Of a DNA stretch of 64,000 nucleotides, positions 25,973 to 40,380 are shown piece by piece. The translations under genes were made by a program, and so were the position numbers. The stretch's first letter is position 1. Every line of letters begins with the position of its first letter. The stretch spans positions 33,350,865 through 33,414,864 of the forward strand of contig JARFYF010000094.1 in the NCBI GenBank assembly GCA_030265395.1, read 5' to 3'. The DNA is from Rhina ancylostomus. Lineage: Eukaryota. Under the pieces are notes generated by a model that did not search any database, had not been told where the DNA came from, and was given only the letters and a program-made list of their open reading frames with translations.

Positions 25973-27558
25973 GATACCGTGGAGAATGAGGAACCAAAGG
26001 AAATTAGTATTAATTATACACTAGTATTGGAAAAGAGACAAAAAGCCAAAACATCTTTGATGACATACATCCTAGGGTTTGATGGAGGTAGCTCTGGAGA
26101 TAATGAACGTGTCCCTCATCATCTCCAAACATTCCATAGATTCGAGAACAGTTGAGAGGCACAGCTTGTAGAACTGCCGACTCACAGCTTCAGCAACTCA
26201 GACTTCATCCTGACCTCCAGCTTGTGTGGAGATTACACTAGGGGAATCAACAGATGGGAGGGGGGGGGTTACTGCAGGAAAATGGGACTGAGGGAACTGA
26301 TCAGCCATAATTTTACTGACTGTTGGAAAAAGCATGAGAATGGCCTACGAATGTTCTTCATGGTGACTTTGATTCCAGCTGCCCCCTCACATAGTGGGCT
26401 TCCTTCCACAAACATTCTGCTTGGAAAATGATGTAACTATTCAGCAGGTCAGGTAGCATCTGTTACAGTTTTAGGTCGAAGACCCTTTCTCAAAACCGCT
26501 GTCCCTCTAATATAACATCAAAACAAATTTTCGGTCCCGCCACCTGGTATTCTCTTTGGTTCACCATCCAATTTAAAAATGTATTTTGTTTAATGCCATG
26601 AAATATTTTCCTATATTAAGAGTACTATATAGATGCATGCTATGAATGCAGTTTTCCATTCACAAAATCTTTACATCAGTCTGGACAGTCATGTGAAGCT
26701 TTGCTCCTTGCAGCTTCTGTCAAATGCCAACAGCAGAGATTTTCCTCAGTCCCGCTGGTTCAGGGTGAGAGTTGATGTTGCTTGCCATCTGTCTGTGCAC
26801 TTTTGGCGGCAATCAGTTTGTAGTCTGTCAAAGAACATAAGCAGAGTCGTGTTAGATTTCATCATGCTGCCTTGGTTTGTCATTTAGATTTCTTCAGCTC
26901 ATTTGGAGCTGCATCTCATTATCACTTGCAGGTGTGAGGTTCAGTGCACGCACAGAGAGACAGTCACATATGTTAATCCAGAAAATCTCAATGACATTTT
27001 CTCCACAATATTTCTTCATTACTAATCTTGGAATCTGAACTAAGCTTTTGTGCAACCATATTTTACTTTGTGAAGTTTCCTAATAAACTAAGTAACCTAA
27101 AGAAAAATCACTTTTTGCTGTAACGTTGGTTATATTTAATTAAGTAGATGAATCATATTTTCTGGTTTGTTTACTGCATGATTGTGTGTCTGTGTGATCA
27201 TGGTGTTGGAGAGCCAATGGAAATGAAGTTGAAATAAACCTATCCGACATGGACTGGAAGTGTTAATAATCCTGGGCATCAGAGTCTATGCACAGCACGG
27301 CAGATCCAACACGACTTGGGTTATGTTCCTTGACAGATTACAAACTGATTGTTACCTAAAGTGAGCAGACAGATGGCAGACTTCAATGACTCTCATTCTG
27401 AACCAGCTGGATTGAGGAAAATCGCATGAAAATCATGCCAGCAGAATACAGCGGTTTATTGAATAATGGCACGTAGGAGCAGTTTGGGAACAGTGGGGGG
27501 TGTGGGGGGAGTAGGAAATCACACAATTGTCACCTTGCCCCGTAAGATCACTACTTAC

Positions 27559-27642
27559 AGGCTGAGGAGTTGATTTTGGTTCAGTTGATTTCACATGCAG
27601 GTGTGTCATCATAGCTTGCAAGCGTTCTTTGTCTTTTGCAAG
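27559..27642 (-). CDS. FOXP1: FOXP1 exon, leucine zipper end ([28 protein letters not shown])
   Basis: Acceptor ttttatttctgcAG, donor CCT|GTAAGT. 84 nt, phase 0 to 0; overlaps ORF 27433..27621. Confidence 0.96.
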
Positions 27643-30600
27643 CTGCAGAAATAAAACATGTTAGATTCCTAAGTAAAACCACAACAATCAAAAACAACTG
27701 CATACACACTTATTAATCATCCTTAGCAAAACTTTCAGTCTCTGCATCAAACCAATTCATTTTGTTTTAATCAAATGCATTTTTAATATACCAAAATGTA
27801 ATTAATAGACTGATTAAAACTTAAGGTTTGTAGGCTTACTACATTATATTTCTATATTAAGTGAATCTATGTGCATGGCAAAAGTTGGAAACACATTAGA
27901 TAACTCTGTAGCAATTCTTCTGTTGGGCATTGTTCATAGTGCTTCTGTCAGGTGATTCTATATTCAAGTCTGGTGAGTGCATTAAACAGGTGGTGGCACT
28001 ATACATGCCACCTGATTACCCTTTCATGGACGTTAGTATTGGTAAGCTGATCTCTTCTGCCCAGTTTGCACACTGCCACAGTTGAATTTGTCACCACATA
28101 AGAGTAAAATACCATAAGTGTAAGTGGGAGATTTGATAAGCAATGAGATACACTCAGTCTAAAGCTTATTGTTTAAAACATAAAATAAATGTTCAATGCT
28201 GCATCAAATTTTAGAACAGCTGCTAGTAAAGATGAAAATTCTTGTCACTTTTACCTTTGCCTAACTATGAAGTACTGCAGAGGGTACAAAGGTTATCCCA
28301 GTCAACTAGGAAACATAGGAGCAAATCTTTTTATCGACCAGTATTAAAGCTATCAGGTTAAGTATACGTATGCAGCAAAACACTTCATGGGAAGTACTTT
28401 AATCTGTGTTTTCAGAAGCAATTCTGTTTCCATCACTAATCAGAATAGAAATGTTTTAACAGCTCTTAAGTGTGTCATTACTATTTGAATTAATGCATAC
28501 TCTAGCACATATCAGATCTTTATTTCACTGACATACATAAAAAGCAACTGTTTTATTACTGCTTATGAAAAACATTCAGAACTTATTTTGCCCTTTTTAC
28601 CTTGCAACTTCCTGTTCATTTAACTCTGAGAGCATAACTATTTGAGTTGTTCAGAAACTCATGCACATGTTCTTCCAATTATGGATGAGGACAGTAATAT
28701 TGCTGCTCTCCACAATTTCAGCTGTACGAGCAATTAGTTTTAAATGAATGTGTAATGTGGGATGTTTATGGCTTAAAATAACAAGCATGCAGAACAACAG
28801 CATGAGTACACAGGAAAGTTTTTGGGTAAATTGCAATTATGTGAGGGGCAGGGCTGGGGACGTTGATAAGAAAAATACTGAAGTAATTGATTCTGAAGGA
28901 AACAAGGATATGAAAATATGTTATAGCAGCAATAGGTGAAGGAGGAGCTTCAATCCCACAGTGATTTTCTAAGCCCTCCCTCAAAAGAAATGAACCACTG
29001 CAGCTTCATCTTGGGACTCCAATTATTTTGTGTGCTGTTTTAATAGTCATTAATCCACAACAGGAATTTAAAATTAACTAATTAACGAAAGAAAACATAG
29101 AAACACCATGAAGTCAATGACTTTAATATATAGGGCTTCTCCATTTGTTGCATATCATGCCTTCTTATTTATGCCATTTTCAATTAAACATGGCATCAGT
29201 GAGGACTAACTTATGAAGATCTGGCCGATGGAAGTCCCTTCCTAGAGTAAAATTTCTTTCCATATATTATCTACATAATATAGAATTGTATTTTTTTTTC
29301 CAAATAATAGTTGCTTTTCACTACATTAAATGTTCTAATTTATTTATTATTTCAGTGACCATAATTACAGCATTACAGTTATGGTTTTCCATTCCATTCT
29401 TCAGCCACTTATGTTCTCCTGAACTTCTTGCAATACCCTGCTAGTGACAGAAATGGTGCAGACCCTTTCTCAGATGAATTGCCTTTGTTCTTGTCTCTTT
29501 TTCATGCTACTCAGCTGTCCTCCATCAAAAACATCTGTGGTATTCCATTTATGTGCTTACTGACACTTGCTGTGCTTCATCAGAAAATTTGCTTTCTCCC
29601 ACTTGATACGCATGCATACTGTCCAAAAGCCATTCCCTTCATACTCAAAAATTCTCATTTTCAGGGCTAGAATTTGCACTAGGTAAAAAGCAGCCAAACC
29701 TGTACAAACAATTGTGAATTTCAAACACAAATTATGCTTTGTGCAAATAAAGATCCTGTACCCTATTGTGCTAGTTTAATAAACATCATGCTAAAAGTTG
29801 ACCCTGACCCCAGATGGAATTAATTAGCACTGAGGGTTTCCACTAATTGGTCCATTTACAGGCCTTCAAGGAGACTCTTAAAATTAAGCAGCTTCTTATG
29901 GGTTCAAGGACACTAATAGGCGTTTAAAAGCTTTGGAATATATATTTTTAGTTTGCCTGGAAGATGACCACAACAAAATAACTTACAATGAATCTGTAGA
30001 GTCCTTTTTCAATGGGACATTAAAATATTTAAATTGGATTATTCATAGGTGACATACTAGACTGATTAAAAATATTTATTTTTGTAATATATTTATGGCT
30101 GTATTAATTAATGTACTACTTTAGAACACACATATAGCAAGAAATATTATGAAACTACTCTATTAAAATATTATGTTATAATATGCTGTACAATTGTACT
30201 CAGTTACTGGTGATATTGTTTTATTGATATGAAATGAGTTTAAGTGGAACTTGGAGAGGAAATGCATCCTTAAAGTTAATGCACTTTTGTACACAATTTG
30301 ATCACTCAATGCATTTAAAGTGAAAATGCTCCACCATATTACTACCCAGGAAGCATTAATTGATTATTCCAAGAGGGTTCTGAATTGTTATTAATGCCAT
30401 TGACAAAATTATACGGTCACAAATAATACAATCAAAAGGAATGTTGTTCTCCAATATTGCCCCTATGAAGTTTTTAAGATTTTTATATATTTCACAAAAA
30501 GGCAAAGTCTCAAGAATCTTAAATCTGTAGTACATTCCTGATTTTACAAGCTAATCTTGCAAAACAAATTCTTAATGAACCCAAGAGCATCAAGTGACAA

Positions 30601-31932
30601 TTGAATATTATGGGGCCGCTGGTAATTACAGACCTAAAAGGAGTGACAGGTTCTGACATTCTGCTCTGACATTTCTAGACCATTTGGCTTTCACGATCAT
30701 TTCTTTCTAATGATTGCCCACAAGTTACTACCACATTCACAGAATTCACCTTCAGTAATATGGCTGAATCTAAAGGCATTTAGATTAAGGGATGATTTGA
30801 ATTAAAAAGGAAGTCATGGAGTAGGCACAAAGAAACAATGTTTGTTGGTTGGGGAAAATAAGTCAAGGAGAGATCGTCTAAGAATTAAGTATGAAGATAA
30901 GAAGAGGAAAGTAGGAGCTAGAAATTTTCTTTGCAAATGACAACTGATGCTAGGTCTGTTGTTAAATTTAAATCTGAGGTTTCTATATTTATAGAGAAGA
31001 CAAAAGCAAGGTAAAACAGCCATGACCCTACTGACTGATGGATCATACAATCTTAAGGGAATAAAGAGTCTATTCTTTCCATGTTCCTCTGATGTACATC
31101 ATCACCTCTCAAAGGCAACTAGGCACTACATTTTGTTCTTGCCAGCTATATCTACATCCTTGTACGTGAATTTTTAAAACTGCATTGTAGGATCGAATTT
31201 GAATTCAGAAACTCCCAAGTTGTAATCTACTGTCTTGCTCAGCCTAAACTCTGTAACCCCTTTCTTTCATCCTGCTCTGCTACATTTCTAGTCTGGCTTC
31301 AAACATCTGGTGATGCACAATTAGGATGGAGGACCACTTCAGTCCAATTTGTGCAACTGTAATGACTGTTACTAAAATGGGAGCACAGTGTGCATAGAAC
31401 CCGTTCATTGACACTACAAAAGCTGAATTGCTGATACTCAAAGCCAAACAAGTCAGAAAAGAAGCCAAAGAGGTTAAAATCATCTTCTCCTCAGGCAGTC
31501 CATTGGGATGGACGATGACTCAGAGAAAGTAGCTACCAATACTTAAAAAGTATAATAGAACAGAAATTTGTGTTCAGTCAGCTCTGCTAATTCACAATAC
31601 ACCATGTATATACAGTATTCCGTCATTTGCTTCTGTAATTCTGTTCCAATGGTGGCAATGGAACTACATTTAGGAAGCAGCAAACAAATTGAAGTTAATA
31701 GAAATGCTGAAAAATGCACAAGACTTAGAAATCATTTGGGAAATGGCTAAAGCCTTGCAATCCTATAAAATGGAAGTATTAAGGACACAGTATTAGGAAG
31801 AGAATAATCTATAGTTAAGAAGATAAATTGAGATAGATGTTTGTTATTATGTACCTATTATCTCCAGACATCTTATCATGATAAACCAAATGGTTATTTG
31901 GGCCATGCATCTCTTTCAGCAAAAAAAGTTAC

Positions 31933-32020
31933 CTGCAGTTCCAGCTGTTGGACAACCTGCATCTGCACTCGACACTGTGCTGTACTTCTATCATCCAGTG
32001 CATGTTCATTGTTGAGATGT
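31933..32020 (-). CDS. FOXP1: FOXP1 exon, zinc finger end and leucine zipper start ([29 protein letters not shown])
   Basis: Acceptor ttcctttcttctcAG, donor CAG|GTAACT. 88 nt, phase 2 to 0. Confidence 0.96.
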
Positions 32021-34889
32021 CTGAGAAGAAAGGAACATTGAATTCTTTAGATTATGTTTTCTTAAAATGGAAAAAATAACTTTTTTTCCAACCCCCCTCC
32101 CCTAAAACCCGTATCTAGTTGTATTATATTTAATACTTATATTTCAAATGACATTCAAAATTTCAAAAGTGGTGACAATGTCCATTACGAACTCCAAAAA
32201 AAACCCCCAAAAACTGACAAAAAAATGAGATGAAATCAACATTTTAAAGTGAAAAGAAGGTAAAATCTCATCTTCCTGTGAAAGTACTGTTTTGTAATTC
32301 ACCAAAATGACAAGAAATGATTTTCTCTCAGAAATGTATGACTGAATATGCATGGCACATAAAGCTTTTGGTGCCATTAAAAAGCAACCAACCTTTTTCT
32401 TCACGAAGGTCTCCTTATTTTCCGAGCTTTAACAGTTAATTATGTCATCAAGATAACAGAAATCAAATGNNNNNNNNNNNNNNNNNNNNNNNNNNNNNNN
32501 NNNNNNNNNNNNNNNNNNNNNNNNNNNNNNNNNNNNNNNNNNNNNNNNNNNNNNNNNNNNNNNNNNNNNNNNNNNNNNNNNNNNNNNNNNNNNNNNNNNN
32601 NATCTAAATAAGTACCTTGCCAGCAGACAGCATATTTCATGATTTATATAAAATGGTCTAGNNNNNNNNNNNNNNNNNNNNNNNNNNNNNNNNNNNNNNN
32701 NNNNNNNNNNNNNNNNNNNNNNNNNNNNNNNNNNNNNNNNNNNNNNNNNNNNNNNNNNNNNNNNNNNNNNNNNNNNNNNNNNNNNNNNNNNNNNNNNNNN
32801 NNNNNNNNNNNNNNNNNNNNNNNNNNNNNNNNNNNNNNNNNNNNNNNNNNNNNNNNNNNNNNNNNNNNNNNNNNNNNNNNNNNNNNNNCCATGTAGGTCA
32901 CTGTCACTAAGCATGCCTTCATGCTCAGCTCGGCAGTTTAGCAAAATGTCGTTCGTGCTTGTTTTCTGAAATTCATTTCTGTCATTTACTACACATCACA
33001 GCAGTGGATAGACCACACCTGGCCACAGTTTTAGTACCATTCAGTTCCGTTCAGGGTTTTTCTCCCATAACCAAGAAAGCTCAATAATCCTTTGTGGACT
33101 TCGTTACATTAGATGGGTCACTCTCTTCTCATAATGACAGCGTGGGTCACAGTGCATAATTAATAGGAAATGAAATATTCAAATATGCTCTAATGCAACT
33201 CAGTGAAATGTGGTTTAAATAAAAAGGCTATAAAAGTGTGGAACTGACATAAAGAGAGACTATGAATGTTGGCATGTGTCACTTTTTAGACCTTGGATGA
33301 AGCGTATGCAAAAGCTTTCTAGTGAAATGGCAGTTGCTAATGCAAATTGCTTCAAAAAATAAAGACCCTTTTCTTGGGACAAAGGGGCCTTTTTACATAC
33401 AGCATGTTTATCATCAGCTCCAAGTACTTCCTCACATTTCAACCAAAAACTAGAGTTAAATGCTAACAAATACTGATAAACGTTTCATCTTTCTTTGGAC
33501 CAGTGGCAGAAGGAATACATTAGGAGTCACATTAGTTAACATGTATTTCCTAATCAGCTAATATCTGCAAACAAGCAATAAAATTTATGGCAACATTATT
33601 TACAAAGTAAGTAGTAATTCATGATTATTTTTAATTAGAATTTGGGAGGAAACTGATATAAACTGAGGCAAGTGAAATGTTTGCCAGAGTACTGAACAAC
33701 TTTGTCTTTATTTGTGGAGGGCAGAATTTATAGGATGCAGATTGTAGGTATTAGAATGGGTGGGGAAAATTAGTCACATCGATATTCACGATGTAATTAT
33801 TTTCATCAGTGATATTAAAGTAATTTGCATTATCTGAAACCATTTTTGCATTGTTACCAATTTTAAGCTACTTTATGGGATCCCTTCTCCCCTCTGATTA
33901 ACATTCCAGCTTCCATTTTAATAGGACAAGCAATTTTAGAGACTTCAAAATCTGCTGTTCTACAGAAAACCAGTTAAAAATTTCCAGCTATGCATCTGAT
34001 ATATATGCAAAATTGTGGTTGTGAAGAACTAGGTGGCAGGTTCATTGTGTAATTTAAAGCACTTTATATATGACTCAAATGTGGTAAAGAGGGAAGGCAT
34101 CCTACCAGTTTTTACATACAGTCAGTTTGACTGTCAAATTTCAGAATCTACAGTCACCAATAACGTGTTTCATGTCGAAATTGCAAAATATACATCATTG
34201 GTACATTTTGCAATTTCAGTATGAAACAAACACTATGTTGATAAAATCCCAGCAGAATCTTATGTCTACTGTAGCTGTGATCTCCTTCCTTAAAATATTT
34301 CTTTGACTGAAATTGCCTTACTCTAGACCCATGGTCAAGAGTAATATGGTCATTTTATTTTTCTCCATACAATTCTTATAAACTGGTTAATAATTCTGAA
34401 ATTATATAAATTTAGCACAGAATTTTCTTTTGAAAATATAATGCTTATAAGAGGCAACTGCATGGGTACTCCAATGCTTTAAATAGTATTGAATGCCAAC
34501 AGAATATGAACAGTGATATTAAAAAAGGAAACTGTTATTGATAAATCAACAAGTGCAATAATAAATTCAATTCACCTACATGTTTTCTTTTCTGGTGTGA
34601 ACACAGGTTGATACCCAAAGTTAGTTTTGAAATTTAATCTAAGTACGTTCAGGTTTTAACTCAAGTCACTCTTTAACTAGGTCCACAATAATTTTCAACT
34701 GCTTAAGACTTTTGTGAATCTCCAGAAATCTGGTTCTATGGATCTCATCTGAGTGAGTGGATTCATTGCCAGGCACAGTTTGTCATAATTTTTCTAATTT
34801 CCTCAAATGAGAATAATATTTTATTAAACCCCTCACTGTTTCCTATATAATGGCTGAAAGACAAGTTACCTGTTCAATTTACAATGTCA

Positions 34890-35100
34890 TCAGTAACATG
34901 GTTGTGAGCACTCTCACCTTTGCATCAAAGGATTGTAGGTTGGAAAGACCAGTATTTATTCTTCAATGAATATTTACTGATCATTATTTCATTGTTGTTT
35001 GTAGGAACTTGCTGTGCACAAATTGGTACAATAGTGACTATCTTCAGAAGTACTTTGTTGGCAGTAAAGTCACTTGGGATATAGTGAAAGGAATATGAGA
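34890..35100 (+). mobile_element. Old Deu-domain/L2-tailed SINE remnant
   Basis: cattgttgtttgtaggaacttgctgtgcacaaattgg...agtgacta..ttcagaagtact...ttggcagtaaagtcacttggga resembles the DeuSINE (SacSINE/AmnSINE-like) 3' region. Confidence 0.5.
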
Positions 35101-37186
35101 AAAATCTTTTTATCTTTTAATATAGGTTTATCTAAGGGGAGAGTATATCTTCTTTCCGTCTTTTATATTCATTTCTGTCTCAATTTCTTTATATCTCAGT
35201 TGAAAGTATCAATCTGCTCTCTTGAATTTTCTATCTTAGGATAGAAAACAAAGGATATAAATAAATAAAATGAAATATAAATGATTGAATTGCCCCAAAT
35301 TAATCAATGGTATACATGTACATTATCCCATTCCATTCAGAAAAAGAACTTTTAAAATAGCATTAATAGCAACTTATGCAAATAAGTATGAGACTATTTT
35401 GCTTAGCTTTCTTCATAATTTTCCATTTCCTCCCAAAGAGGCAACATTAGCTTTTCCCTTTGACTTTTGAGAATTATATTTGGTTTTAACAAAGGGAAAT
35501 ATCAAAATAATAGTAAGAAACCCGTTGATCTTCAATGGGAAAGAAGGTTAATGATTATTCCAGTTCTGGTATCACTAGAGGGCACTGTGGCATTTAGGTC
35601 ACTCTGACCCTTTTAGACCACCTCATCAAAGGTTTTAATACTAACAACAAGCAGTTAAATATAACCAGCTGAATCACTCGAAAATAATAAATGTTACAAT
35701 TGAATCTATATACAAAAATATCAACTGATGTCAATGGACATAAAGAAACTTAACTGCTTCTGAAGCAAAGCTTAACATTTTGGGAGGAAGCAAAGGGTTC
35801 AATGCATATAAGATTTATAAATATCCCTTCAAAAATTTCTGAAGAATGTAAAATCACAGTGAATGTTCACAATTTACTACAGATTTACTTCACCATATGC
35901 ACATTTGTTTAATATGTTCTTCATAAAATTACAAAACACCAAAACAGCAAAATTTATACGGAAGTGTTTTGAATCTACATGCGGAGAGTTCCTGAAACCA
36001 ATGGAACACATTAAATAAAAGTTTCTTTGTAATTCAAGGTTTATTTAAGAGCTTTGCTAAGTTTGAATAGTCTAGACAAACAACTGAACTACACCACAGT
36101 GAGCTAATAAAAACAAGTTAAAAAAATTCACTCATAATATGTCTTTCTTTCATTTTCCACAGTTTAATCATAGCTTGGTCTATTTTATGTGAAACTTTAT
36201 TAAAGGAAGCTGATGTAAAAATACAACAGTCAAGTGTTAGTAATTTGTTTTTAAGTGCCACATTCCATTCTCTAAAGCTGTTTGTATACTTCAGTATTAA
36301 AAACAGATGGGATTGTATCACTGTCTGAAAAATTACCTAATCTCTTAGCCATTTGAGTACTGAAACTTTCAGTTCCAAAATGTGACAGTGGTCTGATTAC
36401 TTAAGTAGATTTTCTTTGTGCAATCAGTGACAATTATTAAATCAGGCACAGAATTTATTAACTCAAGATAGCCTTATTATTTAACTGCATTGAACATTTT
36501 TTGTTACTAACAAAGCCCATTGTATAAAGTGCTTAAATATCAGCGATGTTGTGGTCATTCAATACTTAAGTAATATGACATGATCTCACAGTGATGTCAT
36601 TAAGAAAAAAACAAATTAACGTATGAACTAGTATTAAGCTTTTTTGAATTGATCTGTTGAAGTTCATATCTGAATTCCTATGAAGAAGTGGTTTTCAAAC
36701 AATGCTGATTATCATACAGGATACGAGTACCTACTGGCACTGTATTGATTAACACTAACTGGAACAACAGTTGGCCAATTATGTTTGACAGTTAATTAAT
36801 AACCAGGAGTTTATGAAGCACATTTGCAACTAGCTTTAAAAGTATGCATACAGAGAGATTTATTCTCCTCTTTGGATTGCATTTTTGACAACTATGCAAT
36901 TGAAGGTAAACTCATATATTAACTAAGGTAGATGTACATTAGTCCAGATGCATGAAGTAATGGCATAGCATAACTCTGACTTCTTTTACTTTCTTTCCCT
37001 GCACTCACCCCATTTTATCCTCAACTCTGCCAAAATACCATACTGTCAGCCTAATTCTGACCACCAATCCCATTTAGCCATCCTGCAGTCTACAACAATT
37101 CTAAGCATTATAGATGGCATTTGGTTTGGGAAATTATATTTCAATCTGCTAGATAAAGACAAGAAAAAAAACAAAACTGGACTTAC

Positions 37187-37291
37187 TTTAGAAACTGTCC
37201 GAAGTCTTCACAGACTGCCTCACATCCTGGCCATTTACACACACCGTGACCATATAATGGATGGTTGCACCCGTGCTCTTCATGGGATAAG
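37187..37291 (-). CDS. FOXP1: FOXP1 exon, C2H2 zinc finger first half ([36 protein letters not shown])
   Basis: Acceptor ttttttcAG, donor AAA|GTAAGT. 105 nt, phase 2 to 2. Contains FOXP motif [15 protein letters not shown]. Confidence 0.96.
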
Positions 37292-40200
37292 CTGAAAAAA
37301 ATATTTTATTTACAATTATGTATACAATTAAAATAAAGTCTCTGTAGAAGGTCGAAAAAGGGGGACGGTGTTTAAAAACTCTTCTACCCAAGATTCTGCT
37401 GTATCTGTTTGTTAAATGGATTAGACATTTATATAGATTCTCAGTTGGCAACATATAATATATGCAGCATGGCATACTAAAAAGCTTTATAATAGGGGTT
37501 CTTATATCACAACAATTGCATGATTCAACATGCAGGTTTTAAGGGACAAAAAAAGGAGTATGCAGTCTACTCTCACTTACTGTGATGTTAAAACAATACA
37601 TTTACTTTGGAAAGATCTGAAATGGAAAATGATGGTTTTTTAAAATGCAAGAAAAGGACCATGCCACTACTAGGCATTCCTTATATAGATATACTACACA
37701 GGAAACAAACTTTCAATGTTGGATAAGTACTTAATAAAGCAAACATATCCATATCAATAAAATTCAAGCTTCACCACAGCCTTTTGATCATTGTTAATGT
37801 TAAACTACAGCCATTTATTTAGTATGTGCCAATATTTACTGTAAAGGCAATAAAACCAGGAAACAAATATTCACTGTTAAAAATTAACTGTATACAAAGC
37901 TAACAAGACTGCACACCATTTGGGATTACTCTAAATTCAGCAAAGAATAAAATACAATTGCCCAGAATTTCACCAATGGTGGTAAAGGTGCCATGTTGCA
38001 TCATCAGTGTGCTGCACTCTCCTTTCAAGGTTCATTCCACTGACTGCAACAGAATTAATTTTGGAAGCAGAGTACAATGAACTGGATGCTCAGGGCATTG
38101 CCAAGTGCAGAGAAATTTCTAATGAAATGACTATTATATTTTAAAGGTTTATGTTTGTCATTTTTCCAGCAATAAATGACAATGCTGAACTAAACAACTG
38201 ATGGTTTGGTAACATGTCACTGCTAGTTCATGCATTAGTCTACATTAGTAATCTAATCAGTCCACTATAATTTTAGTAAGTCTATCTTTGGTGGCTGTAG
38301 GTTGAAGCATTTCTATATGGAAAACATGAGCAGAAGTCCAGTCGAAACTTAGCCATCTTTCAGTGGATGCAAACTTAAAGAAAAATAATCAAGAAGTCAT
38401 AAATCTATCAGCCTATCTTCATACTGAAGAAATATGATGGTGCGGAGTGAAGTGAAACCATGAAAAAAGCAGTGGCAAGCTAAAAGTTAGTATTACTCTA
38501 AAATTAAATTTCTGCTTATGAGTTAGTATTAAGTACATTTACCTATATTGCTCATTTTCCAGTTATAACAAGCCTGAAAGGAGGGTCTGACTTCACTTGA
38601 CAAGGCACAATTGATCCAGGTCATGTGGTGAACAGTCAGATACTATCTCTGAACAACTGAGTAATAAACTACATCCCCCATTATGCATTACAATGTCATC
38701 AGGATTTTCATTATTAAATGATATTTCACAAGTATACTTGAAATATCTTGCAGGGAAGCTCTGGTATACAATGACATATTAGACAAAATTTAAAGAAAAA
38801 GTGAAGGTCTGAAGAATTTTACTTTCATATTCAAGCATTAAAATCAGCTGATCTCCTTGAAAGGTTCATCTGGAATGACACCACTACAAGCTACAGTTAA
38901 TCCTAGTTGGATTGTTATTATTATTGTTCACCTTTCTTTTAATGGACTTTCATCATGCTGAGTATTTCTTCTGGTGAAGTACATGAATTCTTCCCAAGCT
39001 TCAACCAATGATACATATTGATCTGATGCTAATTTTGCCAGAGGCAATAAAAATTGGCTCTCTGATTTCTGATTTACTTTCAGTACATAAACCTGGCCAA
39101 TTCTTACACTTCCACAGAGGCAAGATTGAAATTAAGAACTCAGTGCCTAATAAGTTATTTATTAAAATCTGTGACCAACCTGTTGCAATACTACACATTA
39201 GAGTTTCAAAACCATGCTAGCTTAATAGCATGCTTCAATACCATTAACGCCTCTCAGTATAGCAATTCGCCAGCTGTGAATTTCACATCAACGCACATAG
39301 GTTTGTATTCTTGGACTGACCTATTAGCTCTCTGTATGTGATGATCAAATGGTATTTAAAAAGAGGCATCTGACTGCACACCAATTAGCAATGTTTAAAT
39401 CTGGATTATTGCTTAAATGTTAACATGTTAAAATTTCCAAAGAATGTAAATGTTTTAAATCTAAAAAACAGGTATATCAGATTTTGTTCTATATAAAAGA
39501 AAGTTAGAAACACCAGAGGGCCAAAAAATATACACTTACAGAGAGACTATTGAAATGTAAAGGGCAGGTACAGAAGATAATTAAAAAATGCTGATAGAAT
39601 ATTCACATATAAAACCAGGAGAGCCAACATAAAAGTGAATACAACTTGTATTCACTACACCTTAACACATCCTAATTTAGACCACACCCCAGAGCCCTCT
39701 CCAGTTTATGAATGCCTGCTTTACAAGGGAGACAGTATCTTAGAACTTAAATCTGCAAACCAAAATTGATGCTAGATTAATTGTTAAGGTTAAACCTGCT
39801 ACTATTCCATTTTTGTTAACCAATATTATTAAGCACTATGGGAAAAGTTATGTAGGTTATAGATAACCCACAATCTCATTGAACAACAAAACCAGTTTGT
39901 AGAGTTGAATCTCCTAATCCCATTCCTAATTTCTAATTCTATAGTTTTCTCATTTTATAACAATGTAAGATGATAGGACCAGAAATCAACAAAAGCCATC
40001 AAATGTTTCATCTGCCCTTCAATCTTGATGCATGTATATTACTGCATCACTTTACATGATGCTAGCCTAAATTCTCAAGGTGTGAAAGACATTTTAAGAG
40101 AAAGGAACCCAGCAAAGCTTATAATACTGATCAATTAAAATTGATTTCCTCAAGCAAAGTTAACAGCTTCGAGGTTTAGGAGCAGCTAAACATCTCTTGT

Positions 40201-40380
40201 ACACTTTTGTGCTAGGAATTGAAGACATTCCCATTGGTGCAGGTGACAGCTGCTGTGGAGACATAGAAGCAAACCAAATGAAGTCTTGATGCTTCTACAT
40301 AATTTCACACAGATTCTGGATAAAATTGCTCAGAAGGCATGTGGGAATTCATTTCCCTTCTTCACAGAAGCAGAAAGAGA

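Larger units (their letters stand above)
25290..26150 (+). mobile_element. CR1 ORF2 internal fragment interrupted by nested insertions
   Basis: CENRLARDIEMSCKR (cf. YExKLAxNIKxDxKxF) before ~25640 and DDIHPRV..EVALEI (cf. DxLHPRVLKEVAxEI) after ~25975. Confidence 0.65.
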
